Below, in pieces: positions 24,532 to 35,500 of a DNA stretch of 64,000 bases. Within the stretch, counting starts at the first letter, position 1, and every line of letters begins with the position of its first letter. This stretch comes from Lama glama. Taxonomy: Eukaryota. The stretch is taken from positions 13,022,001-13,086,000 of the forward strand of contig CM052832.1 in the NCBI GenBank assembly GCA_028534125.1, in the 5' to 3' direction. Made by a program: the position numbers and the translations under genes. The notes under the pieces were generated by a model. It was not told the DNA's origin. It was given only the letters and a program-made list of their open reading frames with translations, and searched no databases.

Positions 24532-26829
24532 CTCCAGCGGTTTGTGAGGATATGGCTTTTTCAGGAGAGAGTGAGCATTCCCCAGAGTACCATTTATCCC
24601 CAGCAAGCCATTCCCCAAGGCTGGCATGTTCCCTGGGACCCCTTACTCCCAACCTGGCACCCAGCCTCAGGCAAGCCCAGCACCTGCCCAGAGTGTAATG
24701 GCCTGTGACAGACAGGCCTGTGAGCAAGGGATGCTGTGGCTCTGGGGGAGATGCAGGCAGCTGGCTGAAATTTGTTCCTGCGGCTGGTGCAGCCCTTGCC
24801 ACCCCTTCCCTCACAGCCTCCCCTTCCCCTTCAGTTTTCTACCCTCAACTAGTCTTGGGGAGGCCCTGGCGGGGGCTCTCTAAATACTCATGTGGTGGGC
24901 AGAGGCCACACCACCAGTGCCAATGTGAGGTGTGGGCCTTCCTTGCCGGTCCCTGGCTTGGAGGAGGAGGGCTGAAAAAAGCCAGCCTCCCTGTCGTCTA
25001 TTCCTTCCTTCAAACAGCCAGTATCTTCCCACTCTGTCCCTCCAGCAAACCCACCATTTGTTGAGGTCTCTTGTCTTCCTGTCTTCTGGGAGGGCTTGGT
25101 GCTGCTGCCTGCCCATCAGTGGGCTTGGATGCCAGGCTCAGGCAGCCCATCCGCTTCCTGCCATTCACCTTCCCAGGAAGCTTCCCATATTTTGGCTTCT
25201 GTGTGCCCCTGCCCCTTTGTGGTCTGGCTGTTCCTAACTTGTATTGTCAGTCTGCAGGATGTGATTCTTCAGAGCTGTTTAGCGCTTTGAGGAACACAGG
25301 GAGGCAAAATCAACCTCCCTCCACATGTGCCAGGGGAGGGTCTGCTCTAAGGGTGCAGAGGCCTAAAAGACAAGACAGCAAATGTGTCAGTCCTGACGTG
25401 GGTGGCTGAGAAGATGTCAGGGAACAAAAACAGCTCTTTCTTCCTCGGCGTGTGAACGATCTAGTTTCAAGCTGGCATTCTTAGTGACTGAGCAAGACTT
25501 GTGCCAGGCCTTGGCCCCATCCCACTATTCAAGAAGACCTCAAGGTCACCAAAGGCCGACCTCAGGTGAGGAAGGCATCCTGGGAAAGCAGGGATGAGGG
25601 GGAAGGGCGGCATGTGTGAAACTGCAGAAGGGCTGGCCTAGCAGTGAACATGCAGGAGGCTGAGACACGCCCCCACTCTCATGAGGGGGGCCAGGAGGGG
25701 GCAGAGGGAGGGGTCGTGTTTCCGGGGGAGGGAAGGTCCCCCCATGCAGAGCTAGGGCTGGGGTCTGGGCAGGGAGGCGCCAGATGGGAGCCAGCAAGGC
25801 AAGGCCAGAGCCCAGGAATGGTGCCAGGTGGCGCCTTCCCAGGAGCCCAGAGGGTGTGCACAAGGCCAGCAGGTGGGGCCTCACACCCCAGGTCAGGCTC
25901 CTTTTATCTCCAAACAGCTGTGGGCCTTTCTTGGGGCCTGCTAGGTCTTCCTCATGGAGAAACATGAGCAGCCTGGAGAGAACCAACAGGTTTCCGAGTG
26001 GAGAAAGAACAAATTGTTTCCGCACAGCCAGCTGCCCTCCCCGCCCATGACCTTTCTCCCATGACCACCTCCCAAGCCTGAGACACCTGTGCCCATCTTC
26101 CCACACGTCAGCAGGAGTTGTTTTCTGCTTGTGATCCACCAATAATGCAACTTCTCTGTCACAAAGCTCCTTTTTTATGCATTTCTGGGAAGGCTGGTAT
26201 ATAACCAAGCACACATGAAATCCATTTCTTCCAACAAAGAGCTGCATGATTCCTTCTTTCTTCCTACCAGGATTCTCTCTTCCTTCTTTCCTTTCAACAA
26301 ATAGCCCCAGTGCTAGGAACTTGGGAAAATGTGACACATGACACTCTTAAATCTCACCTGAGGCCTTAGTCCTAAGTGTCTCTGTGTCCCCAGAAGTTAG
26401 CACAATGCCTGCCACATAGTAGCTCCTCCATGAATCTTCCTGAATAGGGAGCAGGACACTGAGCATGTAGGAAGGGGTTGTAGGATACTGTAGGGTTCTC
26501 TTTCCTCCATCTCCTGCCCTCTACCTTGACCAGGTTCCAATGAGCCCCAGCCCTGTCCTGTCTCCTCCTTTAGGCCCCAGCCCCTTAGGGTTTACACATA
26601 CATACACCCTTCAGTTTTCCACCCATCTTGGGGCTCAGTGCCCCAGTGTGAGTGAGCCATCACCCTCCCCCATCATAGTCCCAGTCCCCTACAGGGCAAA
26701 TCAGAAAGAAAGCTAGCTGAATGTCCATGACTCTCACCTTAGTTTCCCCACTCTTTTCAAGGGCCACCTTTGTCTGGTCTACATTAGGGATATATCAAGT
26801 TTCTGTTTCATTGGGTGTCATAGCCAATC

Positions 26830-27320
26830 CATAGCCAGTGGCCTACAAGGCCCAACTCCATGACCTCATTTCTACTACTCTCCCCCCTCTCACTCTGTTC
26901 TGGGCACTATGCCCTCCAACCTGCCAGACAAACTCCCACCTCAGGACCTTTGCATGTGCCATTCTTCCTACCTAGAACTCTCTTTTGCCATATACCTGCA
27001 TGGCTTACCCTCTAGTCTCCTTTAAATCTTTGCTTAAGTGTCATCTTCTCATGAAGGCCTTTCCTTATCCTAGCATACCCCCCAAATTGCAATACCACCA
27101 CGGATTCCCAGTCCCCCTCCCCTGCTTTATTTTTCTCACTTATCGCTTTCTGATATACTGATTTCTTTATAATGTTTATTATCTGTCTCCCCACTAGAAC
27201 GCCAGCTCCATGAAAGCAGGCATTTTTTTGTCTGTTTTACTTACCACTATATCCCCAGCATCTGCAACAGTGCTTGGTATGTAGTAGGTGCTCAACAAAT
27301 ACTGGTTGAAGGAATGAAGG
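26830..27320. mobile_element. L2 LINE 3' fragment
   Basis: tcaggacctttgcatgtgcc...actagaacgccagctccatgaaagcagg...gtaggtgctcaacaaatactggttgaaggaatgaa. Confidence 0.8.
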
Positions 27321-28504
27321 GACATTTTTACCTCCTGACCCTCCTGGACTCTCACAGCGCACCTAGCTTCACTATGAGCTAAAATTCATTCTGCCTCTGT
27401 TCCATGCTGGAACCCTGGCCCTAGCCTTCTGGACAAGATGCAACTTCCACCTGGTTCCCAGGAGTGGGAGTCAGCAAGCCACACCTTCCTTAGTGTTTTG
27501 CCCCTTTCTTAGAGGCTGGAACAGAAACCACAACCTAGGGAGGAAAGAGAACTTAAGGTGGATGCTACATGTGAGTTTTCTTTTGTTCCAAGGGAAAAGC
27601 ACCTTAAGCGGTACCTTCCTTTGAAAAAACAAAGGCATATTGGGATCATCTATAGAGTTCTCTAAAACAGTTTAATTTCCAGACTCTATCCCTGGAGATT
27701 CTTAGTAAACTGTCTAGGCTGAGGCCTGAGCTTTTTTTTTTTTTTTTTTTTTTAACTCCTTTCATGATTCTAATGTTCAGCCAGAATTGGGAATCAGGGG
27801 TCCAGGCAATGCCCGAGGATGCCAAGTCTGGTCTCTCCAACTGGGAGAATTGTGGCTGTGAAATGGATACTCCTCAGCTCTCATAGCAAGTAACTGTCAA
27901 CACACACACTGTTCTACCAGAAACCACATCAAATCTCAGAGAAGGGACAGACTAAACCAGGATTTACACATTCAAATGGTAACTAGAGCCATACAGGTAA
28001 CACCCCTGGTTGCATCAGGTGTGTTGTTGAGATGCAGAGATGGGTGCAGAATCCATGTCCTTCTCACAGGGGCAGCTGTTAGCCTGTTATGATCTGTTCT
28101 TGTCAGGAGGCAATGCAGGTCCTGTGGTGCTAGATTTAGGTCTTTGTTCTCCTCAAGAGAAATTGGAATTCAGGAATTTTAAATGAAATAACCCATATTT
28201 TCACTTAGAAATCCTTATGCTGCCAATGGGTTGCTAACCCTTTATACAGCTGCCAAACTGCCATAGCTTGCAATCCCTTTTACAATGGGGTCGTATCTCA
28301 CATGGCCTTTCCTGCCCACCATCCTTCACATTCAAGCTAATAGGAAATGACTGCTCACCCAGAGCCTCCCTCAGCTCTGCCAAGACTCCCCTGAAGCCTC
28401 GCAATAAAGGCTTGTCACAGGGGTGTGCTGGAGCTGGCTCCCACTGGCTTGCGAAAGTCAACGGTGCCCATTTTTTCTTAACTCCACGCTTAGTAACATC
28501 ATAT

Positions 28505-28624
28505 TAGCAGCATGAAATCAGCCACAGTGAGAGTATTTACACCACATGAATCAGCAAGTGCTAGAATCAGGGCTTTTCTTTTCCTAGAGAGCCAGTTATT
28601 AAATACTTAGCAGCACATCACTGC
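28505..28624. mobile_element. MER63-like hAT element fragment
   Basis: gagagccagttattaaatacttagcagcacatcactg resembles the MER63 terminus. Confidence 0.5.
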
Positions 28625-28834
28625 ACATAAGGATTCAGACTCTGTCACAGGCTGGTAGGGAAGCAGTGAAAAAGGGAGTAGTTTTGTTTTTCTAGTTACA
28701 TAAGAATTCACATGAATGTGTGCAATAGACATTTTGATAGCACCTTCCCTTTAAAACCCCTAAATACTCACTTAAAAGGAAACAAGAATCTTAGTCCTGA
28801 GATATTTCTTCCTTAATTAAGGAATAATGGTCTT

Positions 28835-29170
28835 ACAATAAAATGCCCAGATTTTAAGAGTACAGTTTGGTGAGCTTTAACTAGTGTACCCACTCACATA
28901 ACCACCACCCCAATTGAGATGAAGAATGCTTTCATTCCCCCAGAAAGCTCTTCATGCCTCTTTCCAGTCATTCTTCTATAGGCAACCACTGTTTTGATTT
29001 TTATCCCCACAGATTAATTTTGCCTGTTTTATAACTTTATATAAATGGAATCATATAACAAGTGCTCTTTTGTGTCTAGATTATTTCACTTAGAATAATG
29101 TTTTTGAGACTCATCCATGTCATTGTTCATATCAATCATTCATTTCTTTTTAGTGCTGAATATCCTTCCA
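28835..29170 (-). mobile_element. L1MB-like 3' fragment
   Basis: acaataaaatgcccagattttaag...aaatggaatcata...tttttgagactcatccatg. Confidence 0.7.
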
Positions 29171-31639
29171 CTGAATAGTCCTGATATCATCTTAATCCCC
29201 CAACTCACCCAGACTCGGGGCAAGGGCCTATTAACCTTTGATTTTTACTGCAGGAGAAGAGAACTTCTCCCCACACTCAGGACAAACAGACATGGGCATA
29301 AGAGATTTAGATGGACTCACCTTTCTCCACCAAGAAGAGGATGATAGAGCAGAACACCAGCTAGGCATCTGACCCTTTCTGACCCTGGGGCGAGTACTGT
29401 GCTCACTGTGACACGCCACGTCCTCCCAGAGTGTAGAGGCCGCATTTTCCCTCTTCATTCTTATAGGTTTCATCCCAAGGCCTTGGGACTATTAGCCCCA
29501 AATTGTCTTTCATGTTTCTCCAAGAAGTTTTAATAATCTCTCATGTCAATACATCTGGTGACCTATATGATATGCCAGAATTCCCAAGATGATGACAGTT
29601 ACAATGTACCTTGTTTTCACCTAATTAGGACAAGAGGTGTTTCCTGAGTTAAGGTGGATACAGGACCCCAGGTTTTCAGAACATAAGGAAGGCCAGTGCT
29701 ACCCACCCATACCCTAGGCATACCAGAGGCAGCAGCCAGAATGTTCTCACCCACAACTAGTAAACAGGGAGCCTGCATCCAGATGAACCCATCTTCTTTA
29801 CAACAGTCTAACAGGGGAGACTGACAGGAAAGCAGGCAGCCACAGTTCCCTGTAAGGTGACAAACACAGAGGGTAATGGCAGCACAGAGGGGTACTATCC
29901 AGCCCAGAACTAACTGCTTTATAGCTCTAAGTACACACTGCCAAGTTGCTCAATAGAGTGAATGCTGAGCAAGATTTTCATTCAATCATTTCAGTGAGTG
30001 TATTTTTCATTTCTAGATGATCTGTTTGATTCCTTTTCAAATATACCCCTTTTTTTCCCCACAATGTCCTTTCCTTTCTTTTTTTTTTAGTACTTTCTAT
30101 TCTTTATCTTTGTCTTTATTTTTAAAATTACAGTTTTCTCCTTAAAGTTTCTTTCAGATTGTTCTATTATGTCAAATTCCCAGCAGTGTTAATCCTCTTG
30201 TTCTGCCCATTCACACTCATGATGAAATGTGTTTTTGAGTGGTTTGTAATTATTTTATCGCGAGGATTTTGTTGTTTTTCTTCTTCTTGGTGTCCCTGTG
30301 AACCCTGGGTCGTGGAAATATAGTTATAGAGCTGTTTTACATTTGCTTCCGCTCAGTTCCCTAGGGGTCTAACGCTTTAACTGACCTATTTTCACTTCAA
30401 TTTCTTGGGGAAATTTTTCAATTACTTAAAAACAATCACTGACCATTTCCTATATGTATATCACCATAGCTGGTGCTGTGGAAGATACAAAACAATGCAA
30501 GACAACACAATGTAGTCCTACATTAAGGCAGAGTGAAATGCCTAATGGTGGACACACAGTCCAGTTCAGAAGGAAAAACATACAGCTGGAGAAACACAGG
30601 GAGGAGGAGGTTTGTGAGAGGAAGTTTCAGAAGGAAGGTGAGGGGTTCCTTCTGAGGGGTTCTTTCTAAGAGGAAGAAAACCCCACTTTTTCTGGGTGTA
30701 GTTAGCAAGGGGCTATAACTAGATGAGGCTGTGGATGAGCCTGACTTTAAGGTTCCCGTTGACAAAGCTAAATCAGAATCCAGGCAAAAGGAAGCCGTTT
30801 AAAGTGCTCCTGGGAGTGGGAGCTAAGTTTGATGAAAGCTGTGTTTCAAGGGAAAACACAGCAACCTGAGTTAGGGGGCTTTACAGGGATTCAGACCAGA
30901 ACAAACCTGGGTTAGGGAGGCCAGCGTGGGGGAGAAAGAAAAGGAGAGGGGTAGACTGACAGGATTTGGACATGGAAAGTGTATGGAGGTATAGATGGCG
31001 TTGTCAGGTGTAGATGGTGGGGTGTGACTTTCTACGGGGCAAGGCAGGGAGTCAGGAAGGGCAGACGTCAGGAAACCTGGACTAAGTGGTCAGAAGGCAG
31101 ATGTCTACTGTAAAGCGCTTTCTCACAGTTAAGACAGGATAAGTACAAAGAGATCAGGTCCCCCATTGCTGTGTCCCTGCCAATTCTAGGATACTCAATT
31201 ACTTTCCGTTTAAACAAACTTTTCTTGAGCACCTCCACAACTAGCAGGCTCTAGGTGTTACAGGGGCTGGACACGTTTACAAACATGAATAGGGCACTTG
31301 CTAGAATAAACATCTTCCTCATAGGGATGTTGTGAGGATCATACTTGAGTTAACATGTTGCAAAGCACTTTAAAAAGTGTCTGGCACAGAGTAAATGAGA
31401 TTTAAGAGCCAGTTATTACTCATTTTTATTAACTAAAGATTAGACTATCGGCGCCTAGCACAATGTCTGCGTGTGCTTACACTGGAGGACGATTAAAACC
31501 CTCAGATCTAGTGAAGGCGATTCCAAAGTACTTAAGGGCAAAACACATTTCCTAACCTTGAGTTCTAAGAGAGATTGGCAAAGATTCGACTGCAAAGGAG
31601 AATGACGACAATCGCCGAGGGACAGCTGGATTTGCCCTG

Positions 31640-32560
31640 GTGAGGAGGGCAAAAAGGGTAAGACAAGGCTGGCGAGCGAGGAGGCCCGCCTGCAGCAGGA
31701 GGCCTCACAGGCCGCAGAGCTCAGGACTAGGGACGCAAAGGGGCGGGCCCAGAACTGCGGAGAAAACTCCCGAAGCCGCGGAAAGGGCTTGGAAGTGCCT
31801 CAGTCCATATTGGGAGCGTCTTGCTCCCAGAGTCGCCGAGCCCCGCCCCCGCGGCTCTCCGGGGCTCCCGGGGGGGCGCCCAGGCCTGTTCCCGAGCCCA
31901 GAGCCCGGCTCTCCCGCGACCGCGGACCCCCGGCCCACAGCCTGGTGGTGAGCCAGGCCCCAACCCCGCCTGGGGGCCACATCTGACGCTTACCGCCCAC
32001 AGCACCACACTCCTGTACTCCCCCGCGGCCGCGAGTGGTGAGGCCCGGCCCCGCCCCCGACGCCAACGGGGGCGGGGCGTCCGCCCGTCACGTGACGGGG
32101 GAGTGACCTCGCCGCCCCGCGCCATGGGGGCTTCGGACCCGGAAGTGGCGCCTTGGGCTCGCGGCGGTGCCGCGGGGATGGCGGGAGCCGGAGCAGGAGC
32201 TGGAGCTCGCGGCGGAGCGGCGGCCGGGGTCGAGGCTCGGGCTCGTGATCCACCGCCCGCACACCGTGCACATCCGCGCCACCCTCGTCCTGCGGCGCAA
32301 CCCTCGGCCCGCAGGATGGAAGGCTCGTCCGGGGGCCTGGGCTCCGGGGACAACGCCCCGACCACTGAAGCTCTTTTCGTGGCGCTAGGCGCAGGAGTGA
32401 CAGCGCTCAGTCACCCGCTGCTCTACGTGAAGCTGCTCATCCAGGTGTGGGGAAGGGACGCCATAGGGAGGTGGAGGCTGTTGAAGGTGACAGGCCAGGA
32501 TCTGGAGGAGGATCGGGGCGGGGGAGGCGACGGATTTGGGGAGAGAGGCTGGGACGGTGG
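31640..32560. promoter_or_regulatory. CpG-island promoter of MTCH1
   Basis: Dense CpG, very GC-rich; GC boxes ~32048-32085, E-box palindrome 32084-32099, CCGGAAGTG 32139-32147. Confidence 0.9.
32124..32444 (+). CDS. MTCH1: MTCH1 exon 1 coding part
   Basis: gccATGG; 321 nt; donor CAG|gtgtgg. Confidence 0.92.
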
Positions 32561-35500
32561 GCCGAAGGAGTAGGAGAGGAGGGAAGCGATGAGGGATTAG
32601 GGGATGCAGGAGACATGGTTTTAGGAGTGCAAGAGACGGGGGCAAAGGGGTCAGCGACAAATTTGAGATGGGAGAAGGAACAAGGGATTTGGGGGTGCAG
32701 GGAAGCGATGGGATGGAGAAACAGGTTTGGGAGATGAAAGAATGGAGGCGATGTTCTTGGACTAGGAGGGAAGGGGCAGCATTTTAGGGAGAGGGAAGAA
32801 ACAACAGAATTGGGGGAGGGGCAGAGAGTTGTGGCGAATGGGTGGGTAGGAGGATTGGGGGCCAAGGCAAAGTGTTCAGAAGATGAGCACATATTTGGGG
32901 TGAAAGGGAGCAAGAGTTCTGGATTTGATAGAGATGGATTTAAAGCGGTTTGGTGGGGGGACAAAGGACTGAGAGATCGGGACCAAAATTTTAGGAAAGA
33001 GAAGGGCATTAGACCCCAGGGAGGAGGGGACGGGAGCATTGGATTTATTGGTGACGGAATTTGGGGGAAGAGAGCAGAGGCAAAGGATTCAGCAGAGAAG
33101 AGCTATCGGTTTACAGGAGATGGGGGCTCTGGATTTGATGGCGACGACAGACTTGATGGGAGGAGGGGAAAGTGACGTGCTTTTGGGGAGGGGAAAGATA
33201 GGGCGACGCAGTGGGGGATAGGAGGGGGCGATTTTTCTGGAGAGGGGAGCAAGATGGAGGACTTTAGGCGCAAAAGGATGACGCATTTGGAGGAGAAAGT
33301 CACGGTTAGGGGCGGGAGATGTACGGGGGGGGTTGGGGTGAAAGGGTATGGGCGTATTGGAATTGGGCAGAAGGGACAGTTGGGACACAAAGTGGCAGGA
33401 TATGTAGGGGCTGGCAGAAACAAGCCACAGTAGGATGTCTCTGGAATCGAGGCATGCAGGGGCACTTGGCATATTTGGTGGGACCAGCAGCGCCTTAGAG
33501 ATGACTTGGGCTGCTTGAGAAAGGGAGAGATTGAGCTGGAAGTGGGGGGTGGAGGGAGTGCATTTGGCAGAATTAGGTGAGCGTGGCTGAGATGAGCACA
33601 GTGTAAATGGGGATGGTTCAGGCCTGGAGTGATACCTGAAGGTTTAGCCTAGAATTTTCAGTAGAGAGATGGGAGGGGCATATAAAAATTCAGATTGAGA
33701 CCTAACCAAGATTTGAGATTTGATTTGAGTAGAGGCAAATGGGTATCAGATTTATGTTCTGATAATGGACTGGGAGTGGGAGATACAACTGGAATGAGAG
33801 GGAATTAGGAGTAATTGAAATCTGGGACCTGAGAAATGGGAGCAGTGGGTTTGGGGGTGTGGCAAGGACTAAGACAAAGAATGAAGAAATTCAGTCAGGG
33901 ACACCAGGGTGCTTGACTAGAGTCTAATTGTGTCTGAGATGTGGAAATGGCTGAGATGTGGAAATGTGATGGGGGAAAGTTGAGACTGGCATTTGGTTGT
34001 GATTTGGGAGTGAGGGCTGCTTTACTTCTAAAATTTGGATTGTATTTACAGGAATAGATGTTACAGGTTTGGGAGAGAAATTGAGGCTTTAGAACTAGTG
34101 GTACCTGAGATGAGAAGCAAGAATGATGGAATGAGATTGGGTGACCAATCAGGGTGTCCAATAGGAGTGTCTGCAGAGTGGAGGATGCTGGATACAAGGA
34201 GTAGGGGGCGTTCCATGTGAAGAAGTGACTTCATCATTTAGACCTTGGTAGGTTTGGTTTAAGGTTTGAGAAGAAAATTGAAATAAGAGTCATTTGGAAA
34301 GGCAGTTGAGGAATGAGAGAGAATAGGGAATTGAGGGATGAGGGAGTCCAGAGGGTGAGAACTGGATAGTCAGTGGGTAAGGAAAGGTGAGCCCAGTTGT
34401 GGTGACTGAGGTGGTCTGTCCGATTTGAATACAGCTGGTGCTGAATGTAATATATGAAGGTGAAATCCTAATGAGTATAGCTTGGGAATCAGAGATAACA
34501 GTGGCAGGATTGGAGTGGTAGATTTGGGGTTGTCTATACTGAATGAGTAAGAATGCAGTTCCTGAGATCTGGGCTCAGGAGAGTTAGGTTTCAGGACTTG
34601 GAGATTTGAGGGACTGGCTCTACCAGTATCTGGTATAAAACTACAGCTTTGGCTGTGGTTAGATCTGGGTTAACACATTTGAGGATGAAATTGGGTGAGT
34701 AGACTTGGGAACAAATAATTAAAACTTGAGACTAAGGGGAATAGGGGTGAGATATGGTCAGTATGCCTTTGATAACCTGGGTAGAAGTTAAGAAGGTAGA
34801 CTCTACAGATTTGGAAGCTGTGGCGATACGGAGTGAAGGGGCCCAGCAGGTTTAAGGGTAAAACTGGAATCAATGGTTCTCCCCAGTTGTGACTAGACTG
34901 GGTAAGGCAGCAGAAGAACAGTGGCTCAGACTTGGAGCTGAGAGTGTAAAGGGAACACTGCTTATGTAAGAGAACAAAATCGAAACAAAACTAACCCCAG
35001 AACCTTCCATCCCTTTCCCTGGGCTAGATTTCTTTTTCTTTAAAGGAGTTCTCCATCATGGGGCGAGTTTCTTAATTTACAATCAGTAGTGTATCATGTA
35101 GCTCAGAATCCCATCCACAAGGACCAACCTGAACTTTCAGAAATAATTTACTAAGGTGAAGAAGAAAGGAAATTGAGTCCAGAGAACACTAGAAGCATAC
35201 CCAGTTCAATTTATAAGGCAGAGCTTCCCAACCCTGCTGTTTCTACCCTTTCCGACATCCCATAGGAATTGCTCTGGTCTGTGGGTTTGTCTGGCTTGCT
35301 CTTAGGGACAGAGCTGGTGTCCTGGCTCCCTGCCAGGGAAGGGCCTTCCCACACCCGAGTAAGGCTCTGGTCTCCTAGACACCTTGCCTCTTGCCTGGCA
35401 GCAGAGGGTTTTCTCATTAATCAGCAACATAAACAAATGGCCTAACCCCTCAGGAGAGACTTCTCCTCACGGGGGTTTGGGTGGCTTAGTCCTTCACCTG

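Noticed and set aside
25546..26337. 263-aa minus-strand ORF
   Set aside because: No ATG at the listed start, no recognisable domain or splice structure; expected by chance in GC-rich DNA.
31821..32123. 101-codon in-frame upstream extension of MTCH1
   Set aside because: Starts at TTG and runs through promoter elements; stop codons are naturally rare in CpG islands.
32437..33472. Pro/Ser-rich minus-strand and Gly-rich plus-strand ORFs
   Set aside because: By-products of the G-skewed intron composition.
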